Shown here: positions 25,701 through 38,300 of the stretch, in pieces | How the letters are laid out: every line of letters begins with the position of its first letter | Position numbering within the stretch: position 1 is the stretch's first letter | Assembly: GCA_040954595.2 (NCBI GenBank) | Contig: CM082587.2 | Location: 4,544,093 to 4,608,092 of the forward strand | Origin: Balanoglossus misakiensis | Taxonomy: Eukaryota; Animalia; Hemichordata | DNA length: 64,000 bases | Reading direction: 5' to 3' | Translations under genes and position numbers: made by a program | The notes under the pieces: generated by a model | The model's database searches: none | Told to the model about the DNA's origin: nothing | What the model saw: only the letters and a program-made list of their open reading frames with translations

Positions 25701-28700
25701 TATTACAAGAAACTAGACATTGTAGACAGGGTTTTTGTACACCTGTAGACTTTGAATCTACAGTTCAGAGCACATCATGTTTTTCTGACCTCACACAAAA
25801 TATTGTATCTCGAGAGTTTGAAGATAAAAAAACACATGAGACGACTGTAAAAATGAATCATGAGCCTATTTATAGGCGAGAATGAAAATTTAAATATAGC
25901 TGTAGATGTGATGGCTATGCTGTGACTATGCATGGAGTGTGCGAAGTGGGTGAGTCACTTTCACCGCATGCAGAGGAAATAAAAAGAGAGAAAACGTGAT
26001 TGTGTTAAGAATATGACTCCCTGTCCTTACCGATATACAGGCCATCATTTCTCGATTTTCATCGAAATAAATGCTCGGTGCTTACATGTCTAACACAATC
26101 AAAATGGACGGTGGGCAAAAAGCCAACACAGATTTAAAATGGGAGTATGCCATGATGATCTGTTGATTTGTACATATATGAGTTCATTTCAGTTGGCATC
26201 ACATGGAGATGTACATTTCTCACACATGGAATTTCATTGCATGTAATGCGCCACATGTGTTTTTTCAACATAATCTTCTGTGTAACCATTAACACAATCT
26301 GAAGCCAGCAAAATGATGTGAAATCCCTTGCTATAAGATTACGTCTGAGGTCGGATTGTCTGGTCGATAATCATTCAATAGTTCCATGGTTACAGAGGCC
26401 ACATATGACCTGATTGGGTGAAGAGTTGGGGGGGGGGGAATCATGGGGTGTAATTGATTTGGTCTGAGTCTTAAAACCATGACAAAATGTTAAGATGTGT
26501 GCTCCCACATTGGATTATCGACAAACACTTAATAAACTGCAGGGGAGTAGAAAAATCATGCAGAAGCTGTATTTATTTGAACAAGTGGACTGCCGCCATC
26601 AACGTATGGATTATATTGACTGGGTGTGACCTGGAGGGTTAGGCCAGAAATCCAATAGGTCATCATCAACAAATCTTGGCGTCTGTCGTGTTTGTGTTTT
26701 TATGCTGGGACAAATCGATGTACAGAACATGCCAGGTCATTGGATCAAATAAAATAAAGAAGAATTATGTAGGTGAATTATATATCCATGATGGCATCCA
26801 TAGTGTTATAGAACATGAAACATTACCACCCATGGATGCATAAGAGTCCCAACTATCCAATTTCCATATTGTTATTTTTAATGCTGTTCGACAAGACATC
26901 ATACACACATTCCCATGTGTCTGGTGCACATAATACCCTCAACTGACTGAATGACAAATCCGTCGAAGGAATTAGACAGAGGTTGAGTGAGTCCGCCACA
27001 CTGTGAGCTTTCAGAAACTCTCAGTGCATCTTTTGTTGGGTCTCAGTTCTCTAACACTGGACACTGTCTATATCGCTGTGTCTAACAAACTCGCAAACAC
27101 ACAATGAGATCATTCTGCTTCAGAATATAGAGACCTACTCGCTGCGTCAAGACATTTCTGTGGCCTTTCAAGGGGGTCCCCTCTGTGAGGCCTATTCATT
27201 AGCACTCTGATGGAGCATTAGTAATTGCTGGGTTCAATGAATGCGGCAAATGGTCGCAAACGTCAATTGAATCTGGATTTTGCAATGAAAAATTTGTTGA
27301 AGAACATTACAGGATCAAATAAGTACAGTATATAAACTTAAATCCATTGAATGATAGCTTGTCCTGAATTTTGCATTCATAGTCACGTCAGAACCATCTG
27401 TGCGAAAAGAACGCACAAAACATTTTTTTTTTTCAGTGCATGTTTGCTGGATTAATAAGCTGGAACATGGACGTTTTCAAAATGAATTGAAATGTTGGTA
27501 CATGCTTAAAATAGCAAGCGTTTCATTATAACTGTACAGGCCAACCCACAGTTAATGGATTTCATAGCTTCTGGCTACTAGTTTCTACCTCACTGAGCAG
27601 GTACTGTGAAATGATGGAACCATGGTCAGGGTTGGCTTATTAAACTTCAGAAAGTGTGCCAGTATTTCATGCATGTACAGTGATATTTGTAGTTGACAGT
27701 GAATCTTTCAGTGCACACCTACTTGTAAGGTGCACCCTACCACATGTAAACAAACAAATGCAAGACAAAGGTGAACAGAGAAACGCAGTGTGTTGCATGT
27801 AGGCATTTATTGTGTATGTAGGTCAGTCACAACAATGAATACCAGTGGAATGTGGGACCCAGCCACTGAAAGACAGGGTGTATCGATTACAGCCAATGTA
27901 GTGGTTGTATAGAGCAGTTGGATATTCAAAACCATGGTAAAAATAAACTTTGGGGCGCAGTATTCCAGAGTGATCGTACAATTACCATGTACTACCAAAT
28001 ATTCTGTAGTGGAGGAGTCTCGTCACTCAAAATAAGACTTCATTTGTTTTCAAGTTCCATTGATATTTGCATAACAGTACCGGAATATAAATTTGTGACT
28101 AGATACAGCAGATGAGAAACAGACATTAAATGTGCTCAAAGGCGAGTGTTACGCAAATCCAATATTTTTAACATAATAATGATACAACTAATGCACTCAT
28201 CAAACTGACGCCATGACATTGTATTGATTACAAATCATATAATATCATTATGACTATTTATATTGCCATGGGAGACAATTGATATTGTGACCTTGGTGAG
28301 CACATTAGATGTGATGAGAGTAAACTTTAAGCATTGTCAACTTTGATACTAGCAGCATGATCTGTCAACAATGGTGCAATATTTGAACATAGAATAAACT
28401 GCATTTATGGAAATGTGATTGTCTTGATTCTCGGCAGCCTGTCCACAGGGCCATCGGTGATTTAGAATCGATTAATTCCCTATTGTGTTTCAACGAGGTC
28501 AAGAGGTCAAAGAGTAATGCCAACACAAACAAACGGAAGTTGATCTGATGTGGACAACACACCTTTGCATGAATGCCTGCCTACGCTTAGAGACTCTTAT
28601 GATCTTGCATGTACATAATAGCAAGAAATAGTTTCAATAAATCAGTGAGTTAATGTTCCTGTGAACAACTCCTTTTTCGCAGTCAAACCACCACATACCA

Positions 28701-31700
28701 AACTGGCCAAAAATGATGACACAATACATTGTCACTTACTTTGGCTAATTTGCAATTTAGTGACTGTACGTCTATATGCATTACTATAACATTACAAAAA
28801 CTTAAATTGCTGTCTAAAGCAATATGATTACTAACTATCAGCGACTTGTTATATTTTCATTGATAGATTACTTGAAGACACGGAGAACGCCGACATAATA
28901 CTGGTCGCTGGGGGAGAACATTTACTTTCACACAAGATCATGCTACAGACCCGAGTGCCAGAGTTCTTTAATTATTTCATCGGTAAACACAGTGTGGCCA
29001 AGAAAATCATGATACACCATGTCAGTGCGGATGATCTCAAGGCCTTTCTTCGGTGAGTGAAAGTCTGGTCCTGGTTCTAGTCTGGCTGTAAACTTTCCCA
29101 CAGTACCAGTGTTGGGAATTTTCATTCCTCTAACAGCCCTGCTCTGTAATAGTATCCTAGATATACATTTGACACGGCTGTATGTTATGGCTATTTTGAC
29201 ATTGCTATAAAAGAGAAGTTTTATAGGTTCGTAGTTGTACATGGTGTTTTCCAACACCCACAATATCATTTGATAGGTTTACAAGGATGTTAAAGTTCTC
29301 CTGTCTATGTGATGCAAGCGGAACTTTGTGTGGCAATGTATGAAATTTCAAACTTCAATATCAGATGTCATGTTGATTTTTTTCTTCCTCAGGGATATTT
29401 ACAGTTTGAATGAAATCAGTCCGTGGCGGGAAACCATAAGGGAATGGATAGAGCTCCAGGAGAAGCACAAATCCATGGAAGCCAGCCTGGAGGAGATGGA
29501 GATCAGCGGGAAAAATGATAAACGGGGGATAATGTCCGATGAGGACATCGCCATGGTTGCAGTGGAGGAGGAGGATCACTGCGAGGGGCAGGGAGGCTGT
29601 GTTTCCGTGGCGATGGACGTGAACACCAGCCTTCAACAGTTCGACTGCAGAGACGATGTCATGAAATCCATGGAATTAGATATGCCGGAATCAGGGTTGG
29701 GAACGTGTGTCAATGGAAACTCTAAAGACGTTGATGGCGACAACGTCATAAATGATGCTTTTCTCAAGGCCAATATGCCGGAACCCACGTGTTATCTGGC
29801 CAAGGACTTGCTGGATATGTTTGTGAATCAAGAAAGTACGGATATCACTTTGAGAGTGGAAGACAAGAAAATCAGAGCACATAGGTAAGGGTTGTGGTGG
29901 TGGGGGGGGGGGGAGGGAGGGGGATCTGAACCAACCAAAGTACTCTTTTTTCTACATGACTGACTGTATCTACCTGCTTGAAACCTTGTCTTTTTTGTAT
30001 GCATATTGGTAATATCATATATTGATTTAATCTATCAAAACAATATTTGCAATAGAATTGCTTTATTTCTTTTTTGTCTCTCCAGATTTATATTATGCTG
30101 TAGATCGATCTACTTCACTGCTATGCTGTGTGGTGGATGGGCAGAGAGCTCTGCAGAGGAAATATGCCTTTTTGAGTGAGTGATTTACAAAAAAAGAAGC
30201 AGATTCTATTTCTGTTCCCAGTTTTAATAAAGCTGTCTCCACAAGCAATATGGCAAAAAGAGGTTTGCTTTTACATTTGAATGCACAGTCACGTTCTATG
30301 GTAATTTTGCCAAATATCTTCAATCACATTTTCTTATCTTTTTCTCAGTGTGAGTTGTACGACAGCATTGGGAGCACTGTTCTACATCTATGGTGGGGTT
30401 ATGGAGGACCCCCATGATGCAGTTATTGGGTAAGTGACTGCCTATCTTTGATACGAACATACATATACTGTAGGTACAAGAGAATGAATGAATGAATGAA
30501 TGAATGAATGCAGTGACCATGTGTATATTAATTGCACAGATTTGTATGCAAATATCAACATCCTGTGCGATGGTTTTTTACAAGTTTCTGTACACCTACG
30601 TTCAAGACAACAGCCTTTGTTTGTGTCGTATTGTGAAATGTTATAAAAGTTTTTCCCGAATCCATTCATGTTTCCAGGTTCCCCAATGTCAATAATAGCT
30701 GGTCTCTACCAGTGTTCAGGTTTGTAGATTTTGTGACGCTAGCTAAGTTGGTGAAACTGACTGTATCCTAAAAAAATAGCTCTAGGGAAGTTACCCCCTG
30801 GACAGTTTATCCATCGGGACAATTCCCCTGAACCTAACACTAACTATTAGATGGGTGGTAAGTGTCCAGGGGGTAAGCATCCTATCCTCCTACAAACAAC
30901 ACTTCATCTTGTAATTTCGTTTCTTGCATTAATATCTCCTCCCTGGCATTATTATAAATTCTCTTCCCTTCATGGTGCCCGCTATCCCCTGTTTCTTGGT
31001 GATTTTGTGATGTGGGTGTGTGTGGCTGTCATTTTTTGAGTTTTTTTATTACCATGGCAATAGCTAAAGTGAGTAATTACTGGTTTTATTAAAAACAGGC
31101 TGTTTTCCGTTGCCATGGCGATACGCAGCGTCAGTTCGAACATTTTGCCGTTACCATGGTTGCATGAAGATTCTATTCCAAATGAAAGAATATGATAATC
31201 GGTCAACACCTACGTCTTTGCTATTGAACACCGCGGTTATTTTTTTGCTCTGTTTGGGGCCAGAATAAGTTCAAGGGTCCCAACTAGGCTCAATATGACA
31301 TGTAGGAGGAATACACATAATCAAGAGTGGCCCATATTACACCTACATACATGTTCATAGAGCTCAGTGTACAATGTAGGAAAATCAGTCAGTTGGTGTT
31401 GGTTGATAAATAATTTACTTACGCTCAATTAATTTCTTCATTCTTCTAAAAAAATTGCTATCTGCTTTGTTTCTGCAGATTGTAACAGAAAGCTTCTGGT
31501 GATGGTGACATGTTTTGTTTTGTGAACTTGTACAAGAAACTATATCTTGTTTTCATATTGTTTTGCAGTGAACTAGTACAGATGTCTGATATGTATGGGC
31601 TGGATGGACTGAAAGACAATGCAGGGTTTATTCTTCGAAGAGACAAATGCCACTTCTTTCACAAGGTAGGCACGTCTCTACAAAGTGAAGGCGTCTGCAC

Positions 31701-34700
31701 GATGAAAAGTTGAATGACTGAAAATGCAAAGTTATAACAAACTAAAACATATGTTAATTCTTAGTGTAGAGGTGTATGATAAACCAGTTGATGAAAACTG
31801 TGTGACATACATTCACTGATTAGATTGTCATTTTCCTGTTCCCCATAGCCATGTAATGCATGTATATCTGGAGTGCCTGAATGCCTGGCATTGGCTACTG
31901 TATATGGTTTACATGCCATTGCTGAAAACTGTCTCAGGTAAGAAATTCACAAAAACGCTCCCTTCTGTTCTTGGTTGATATAACTCGGAGGAATCACATG
32001 TAACTGTTTCTACATCCCCCTCCCCCATGATTTATTCCCCATGTTTTCATTAGCCGCGCAAGTCTGTATATTGGCTGTGTCTAAGTCTTGTAATGTGTGG
32101 TGGCATGCTTTTTAGGTATGGCCACTGAAGTAAAAATCTGTGATTGGATAGATCTCCACTTTCCATGGTGTTAAACTGTAGCTAAATTTGCATGTCTGAC
32201 CATGCATGGTGCCATTAATGTGGTTCTTTCTCCTGCAATGTTACAGGTGGATTGCAAAGCACCTGGACAAAGTGTGGTGTACCAAGGCCTTTGTCACGCA
32301 ATCTCAGGAAATTCTTGAGCATTCCTACGACTTCGCCATCAGTAGCCTGGTAAGTGACAGCAAAAAACTTAAAAGACACAGCGTACTCAGAAGTCTGATA
32401 TTTTATTTCCACTCAACATTGTTTTCGGCATTCGTCTCATCAGTCTTCATCTCTTAATTCTTTCCCAGTGTCAAGATAACGCTGTTGCCATGGCAATGCA
32501 GTGCGACAAGCTGTTGACCAGCCTTCCTCACGTCAAATGGGTGGAGCCAGTCCATCACCTAGCAACAAGTTTACACACGTCATGCGTGGGATACATCGTT
32601 GACAATTTTTGTACTATCATCAATCACGAAACATTTGCAATTTTACTTTCCGTAAGTTCTGATGATATGCTATTTTCAACATGATTCCCAGTTCTGTTGC
32701 CATGATTTAAATTGTGTACCTTTTGAAATTCTTTAAAACTTTTCAGAGAACAAAGGCAACCCAATCTCAGCCAAGGGCAATTCTAGGAATAGTCAATAGT
32801 AACAAAAGAACAAATTTCCTTCACACGCCCTGTGGAATGTGTTTGTATGAATATTGATTCAAGCATGTATCCTCAATTTCCTCCCCTTTTCTCCCCTCAG
32901 GGTATGGCATGGAGTGCCACTCTTGTAGAAGCCATTTTCAACACTGCCATTGATCGCCTTACAGTAGACAATGCTTGCAAGATGTTCATAGCCATCAATT
33001 CACTGAAGGGACGATCAGAGTTTCAAGACTGGAATGAGGTGAGTCAGAAACAAAATTTTGGTGTTGCATTTTTCTTCCAAAAGGAACTGTCTACTTTTCT
33101 GTGTCACCGATTTTATGCTCATCCCCAATATGAGTCTCCCCCAAAAGATCTCATGAAGCTAATTTTTCATTTCGTTTCTTCTTTTGCAGGACATAGTCGA
33201 CATGGTGAACAAGGCTTATACAAACACACTGAATTACGTAGTGAACAATGTTAACTACCTTTTACACTCAAAAGAATGGCATCTCATTCCTGATGATCTC
33301 AGAGATAAAATAAAAAAAGGCAAGTGCATACATTTATTGGATGTAATACTACGCCAGTGTTGATGCAACTTGCAGATTTTGTAATCTTATGAAACTGGTT
33401 GATTACTTTCAGATGCAATTTTTGTAGACGACTCCAAAAGGATGCCAGCACCCAGACCACTTCTGACCAGCTCTATTGCTGTAAGTTTGCAATTTTTGTC
33501 TCTTTCTTTATTCCATGGTAGATTTTTATCAGTTGCGCACTGCAGAAGAAAGGTCACTCTGTGTTAATCAGGGAAATATTTGAGAACGAACCTTTAACAA
33601 CTGTGGTATGTCTTTGTAGGGAACCCAGGCAGTCTCTGCAGTACCCAAGAGACCCAGCAGATTGCCCACATCCTTACGAAAAAGCACCACTGCTAGCACA
33701 GCAGAGAAGCAACCCGTCAGACCCAAAACTGCCATACCTGTGGTCAACAAGACCAGGCCCAGTAGCATTCCGTCGCCGAAGCCCACCAGGTCCCGGACCG
33801 CGGCCGTCCCGGAAAAGCAGGCGAAGGAACGCCAGTACAGCTTCCGGCAGCCCAGGTTGGCGACCGCGAACAGGGCTGAGCAGAGAGCCGAGAGGAACTC
33901 GACCAACGCCGCAGAGACAAGAATCACAGCACCAGCCACCAGGCCGTCGACGCTCGCGACCAAATCCCCGACCGGGATGAAGCAGGGCGAGGATAAGCCA
34001 GTCGGAAGGCATTCAACGCGTAGGCCGGCTAGTGCCAGTCCCACGGTGCTCCGGTCGACCAAGTACACGGCGCCGGCGGTCAAGAGCCCCACGAGTCCGA
34101 CGGACAACCGGCCGAGCAGACACCCGGCCAGGACTTTTGTCAGATCGCAGAGCGACGGCGTGAAAGAGCGGCTGTTGAATCGCTCGCAGGCCGCGAATGC
34201 CGACGCGGATAAGAAAGAAAATATCGTGAATTCCTCCAGTAGGGAAACGACCCCCCGAATCAAATCAAATTTGCGCAGTCCCACGAAATTCACGCGGAGC
34301 AGGATAACGAGCCCTCGGAAAGAACTGCCCGATGAGAGAGACGCTATTGTTAGTCCCGTCAGGGGGGTGCATGGCAGTGCCCACCCTCAACAGCCGAATT
34401 CAGGTTCTTTCAGAGCGCCGCATGCGGGCATCCAACCACAATACTCGAATTCCGGTGCCAGACCGAAAGTGCCGCCCAGTCCCAAATCGTTCAGGAGTAC
34501 GCGAGCCACCGAGAGACACAGCCCGGAGAAACTGGGAGAGCAGCGGATGGAAGTGGAAGGGAATTTCACCAGGCACAGCCGGGAGTCCGGTTCCACCTCC
34601 ATGCGGTACTCGTTCTCCGGACAGCGCTCCAGCACCCGGCAGAGCAGAGCGCCGTCCGGGGATGCCGGGGACGCGCAGGAGCACAGGCAGGCGTCGTCAT

Positions 34701-35311
34701 CCTGGAGGCGGGAAGGCTCGTTGAGGCAGAGGGAGAGAGTTGTGTCGCCACGGAAGCAGGACGCGAGCGACGCCGAGTCCGGCCACTTCTCGCGCGAAAG
34801 TTCGATGTACAGCAGCGCCAGTGACTATTCCTATCAGGAGCACTTGATCCGACCCTCGACGACGCCCGACTCGCTTTACGAACCCAGCGAGCTGCAGTCG
34901 CCCCGGCAGTTGAGATCGCCCGTGTCGCCGGGGAGGCTGTCGCAGTCCCCCGCCGACGGAGAGCCGCAGATTAAGACGAGACACCGGAACAGCTGGAGGA
35001 GATACCAGGGCTCTGACGCCAGTGGTCACCAAACCAACAGAGACAATGCAAAGTTGCGATACAACGAATCCCCAGAAGAGAGGGCCACGCGAGCCACGCC
35101 CTTGACGACGCCCGAGATGCACGATTGCAGCATCAACAGTTCCAGCTCGCCGGGCTCGTCCCCAGGATCTCCAGGTAGAAAACTAGGCACCAGAACCAGG
35201 CCCAGGTCTGGCATTCCCAGACCCATTACAACTCCCAGCCCAACCATTGGGCTGCAGGCACATTACTCCCCACCAGACACATACACACCTGAGAGAACTT
35301 TTCTGAAATGA
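22793..35311 (+). CDS. BTBD8: BTB/POZ domain-containing protein 8 (two BTB domains, BACK-like region, long Ser/Arg/Pro-rich disordered tail)
   Basis: Approximate exons: 22793-22905, 28867-29052 (LLEDTENADIILVAGGEHLLSHKIMLQTRVP, BTB1), 29393-29884 (TDITLRVEDKKIRAHR, BTB2), 30086-30175, 30349-30429, 31569-31665 (DMYGLDGLKDNAGFILRRDKCHFFHK), 31848-31937, 32248-32349, 32469-32651, 32901-33038, 33190-33319, 33413-33480, 33620-35311. The junctions I checked keep frame, and the motifs resemble vertebrate BTBD8. Confidence 0.85.
22950..23015. mobile_element. 66-bp palindromic MITE with TAG...CTA termini and a 9-bp target-site duplication (AcademH-like)
   Basis: TAGCCTGGTCTCCAT...ATGGAGACCAGGCTA flanked on both sides by GGAACAACC (22941-22949 and 23016-23024). 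Confidence 0.8.
23081..23224. mobile_element. 144-bp MITE with CA...TG termini, TIRs of about 30 bp and an imperfect 8-9 bp TSD
   Basis: CACAGTCGCATGGGAATTGG(G)ATCGTATATAC pairs with GTATATACGATCCAATTCCCATGCGACTGTG. Flanks are TTTTTACA and ATTTTACA. Confidence 0.75.
30482..30510. repeat. (GAAT)n microsatellite in a BTBD8 intron
   Basis: About seven GAAT units read directly. Confidence 0.9.
30785..30882. mobile_element. Short non-autonomous inverted-repeat element
   Basis: TTACCCCCTGGACA (30791-30804) is the perfect inverse of TGTCCAGGGGGTAA (30863-30876), with an internal AACCTAAC/CTAAC tract and TA at both flanks. Confidence 0.55.
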
Positions 35312-38300
35312 GTACGGCCACCCCCCAGAATCTCTGTGGATAGATAAGTCCAATCATTAGATATGGCCAACTGGGCCATACCAATGACAGAAGGAGATGA
35401 ACAGCATAGACAGCTCATACAAATAAAAAAAAATGTCTCTTTCATCTCCTTTTGGCCAAGTGGAAATTTATAGCAGTAATTGTCCCTTCTCTTTGGAGAA
35501 AAAGAGAAGGTTAATTGTTTTGCATGATTGTGTGTTATATGTAGAGTGATGACCAAACATTGGTTGAAGGAAAAGATATACATCATTCCATAATAATCAC
35601 AAGCAAATATCTAATTTGTTGATGTATGAGAAGGCCAGTTCCAAACCAAAAACATATCTCCATTTATAGATGATTTACAACAAAACTTTATTGAAAGTGC
35701 AAATATTTTTTGGGGAAAATGTATTCCACTAATTTGAAGATATTCTAGTTTCAGAGTAAAGTCAAAAGAGCCAAGTCTGTATTTATCCCGCTTATATAAG
35801 ACCCCATTCACCGACTGACAATCCAATATCATGTCTTAACCTACTTACTGTGTGTTTTCCCTTTCCAGAACCCAAAACCAGCTCAATGCTGAAAGCCAAT
35901 AATAACCAAGCTGTGTAATGTACATGTACTGATTCAGCCAATCAGGAGAGTGGTTTTATTTTGGTTTTGGTGAGTGGATGATGAGGTTGTCATCCAATCA
36001 GATCATTTGTTGCATAACTCCTCAAGCTATACAAATTTATTCTCCTGTTTCTCGTGCATCTCATATCTTTTCTCAGCAATGCAAAAATCTACCATAAAAA
36101 CTGCCGAACATTTCTTTGAGAGAAACACAAATCTATACATTTCTGCCATTAGAAAAACACAATATACTAGTAGTTAACTGTACTGTTTCTTGACAATCTT
36201 ATGAAATGACTGTCATACCAACGATGACATTGCTTAAGGGTGAAGGTTAAGGTTACAGCCATGTTTCAAATCGCTTTCTCAAAGCAACTATTCGTTCATG
36301 ATCACGAGCTTGATATAAACCCTCTCGCCTTTTACTAAGTGGCTTCTACTCACCTGAAACTGAATGAAACCACGGGACATATTTCTTACAACATTTTTCA
36401 TTAATTTAACTTTTATTTCTCACCTCACTCATGCTGTTGCAAAACAAAGAATTTCATGTAGTGTAGCTGTAACAACTTAAATACACTAGACAATTCCTTC
36501 AATCAATCACACATTTCACACTGATTTTCAAATACTGCGTAAACTATTACACCCACTGTGGTACCCTGATCACCCCCGTGGTCAGTTATACTTTGGACCA
36601 GTCTCCTGTTTTCAACTGTGAGGCTGGATACATGTACGGAGAAATGGGGATGACATGGTGACTGTCTTCGGATGTCAGTCAGTCCCTACAACAGAACAGC
36701 AGTTTTCAAGATCAGTATGGCAGATGCACGTTTCGCTCAGTATACAACAGAAACATTATCAAGACATCAGGCCAGTTCTGAGTGTGAAGAAGTCTTATAT
36801 CATTGCATATTCAAAAGTTGACATTGCAGATATTTGTTCTTTTTTTTTATCAACATGCAAAGAAACACAGAAGCTGTAGTTAAGATTTCATATTAAGGTT
36901 ACACATCAATTTGTGTAGTGTGTGATTTACAGGGCCACATTTTCCAAGATATTAGTACTCTGCAAAACTGAATGATCCATAATTAACTGTAATGAATATA
37001 TAATAGTAGAACTTCTGAACTCATCGATAATGTTCTGTGGCTAACTTGAACCCATTGAAAGTCCACGTTCTGTAAAGTTTTGTATTTGTAGTGAATCAGA
37101 TTCAATTGACCAATGAGGAACCAATAATATAAAGAAGTCTTATATTTGAAAGGCCATAATTTTCTATAACTGCCAAGGTTAAAGGTCAGCAGCCAAGCGT
37201 TCCCTTGTTCTGTTTGTCAGTCTGTAAAAACCTTCATGACATTTTTTTACAATTTCTTTGGATTTCAGTTTGTGTAAATATTGTCAGTATTTTTTTTTTT
37301 TTTGTACTTGATAGAAAGCCTGACAGGGTTGCAGTGTGGACTGCTGCAAGTTATGCAATGCACGGCTTTTAAGTTCTTCCTGATCAAAGTTGATTAGTAA
37401 CCAGACAACCGTGTGTTGTCGTGGGAACAACAAATGATAGCCAGGTTTTCTTTTCACAGCTTTTGTGTCCAGTTGGTCCAATTTGAATGCAAGATTTACG
37501 CCGTTCCAACACCCAATTGCCAGTATCTGTATGAATGTTGGGTTTAGGTTTAGGGATGTGTGTGCCAATTTTCATGTGCTGTATAGCGCACTGGTGGTGA
37601 AAACACTATGTTTTACTTGTGCAGGAAGACCAAACGAGAATGTGTTAGAACTGGCACTAAAATTGGCGCATACACTATTTTGTGCAATGTCCTGTTGTAT
37701 AAATATAATGCAATTACTCTGTGTATATTTTGTCGTAGCATGTAGGACAAATTTAGTCAACTACTATAATGCAATGTAAAATTCTGTCTTTCATGAATTG
37801 ATGATGAATCTTATATATATAATATTCAAATTGGTGCTTGATTTAAAAATAATATGGGTGATACTTGCCAAGTCCAGATAATGATCTAAAGCTTACATCT
37901 GTATCATTGTACATATTGAAGTCAGCTGTTTTGCAGATAAGATTGGAAAGTGCTACACTGTTAGGAAATCATAGAGTTTGACTCGACGTGAATCGACCAA
38001 TAGAAACCACGCTCACAAATTGCCTTATTTGTACAAAAAATATCCACCCTACACATTTGAAACTTTAAATTTTCATTGAACACACCCCTTGGTATCATCT
38101 CTTGGTGAAGCTTGCCCTCCCCACCCCAGCATCAATAGTTGGACGACTGGCATTGTTTCCCACAATGGTTTCTCTAGTCACAACCCTCCACAAACTTCTC
38201 CCAAAGGGGTGGCAGGTTTTCCTAATTGATAGCATGGTAATGGTCCTGTTCAAAAATTTACAGCGAGCGACAGATTTCATTGAGATTGTCTATAAAACAA

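Noticed and set aside
25667-25885. 72-aa plus-strand ORF in BTBD8 intron 1
   Set aside because: GTG start, no convincing splice sites and no family resemblance.
33568-35247. Several long antisense or alternative-frame ORFs over the BTBD8 last exon
   Set aside because: Expected from stop-codon scarcity in GC-rich, low-complexity coding sequence.
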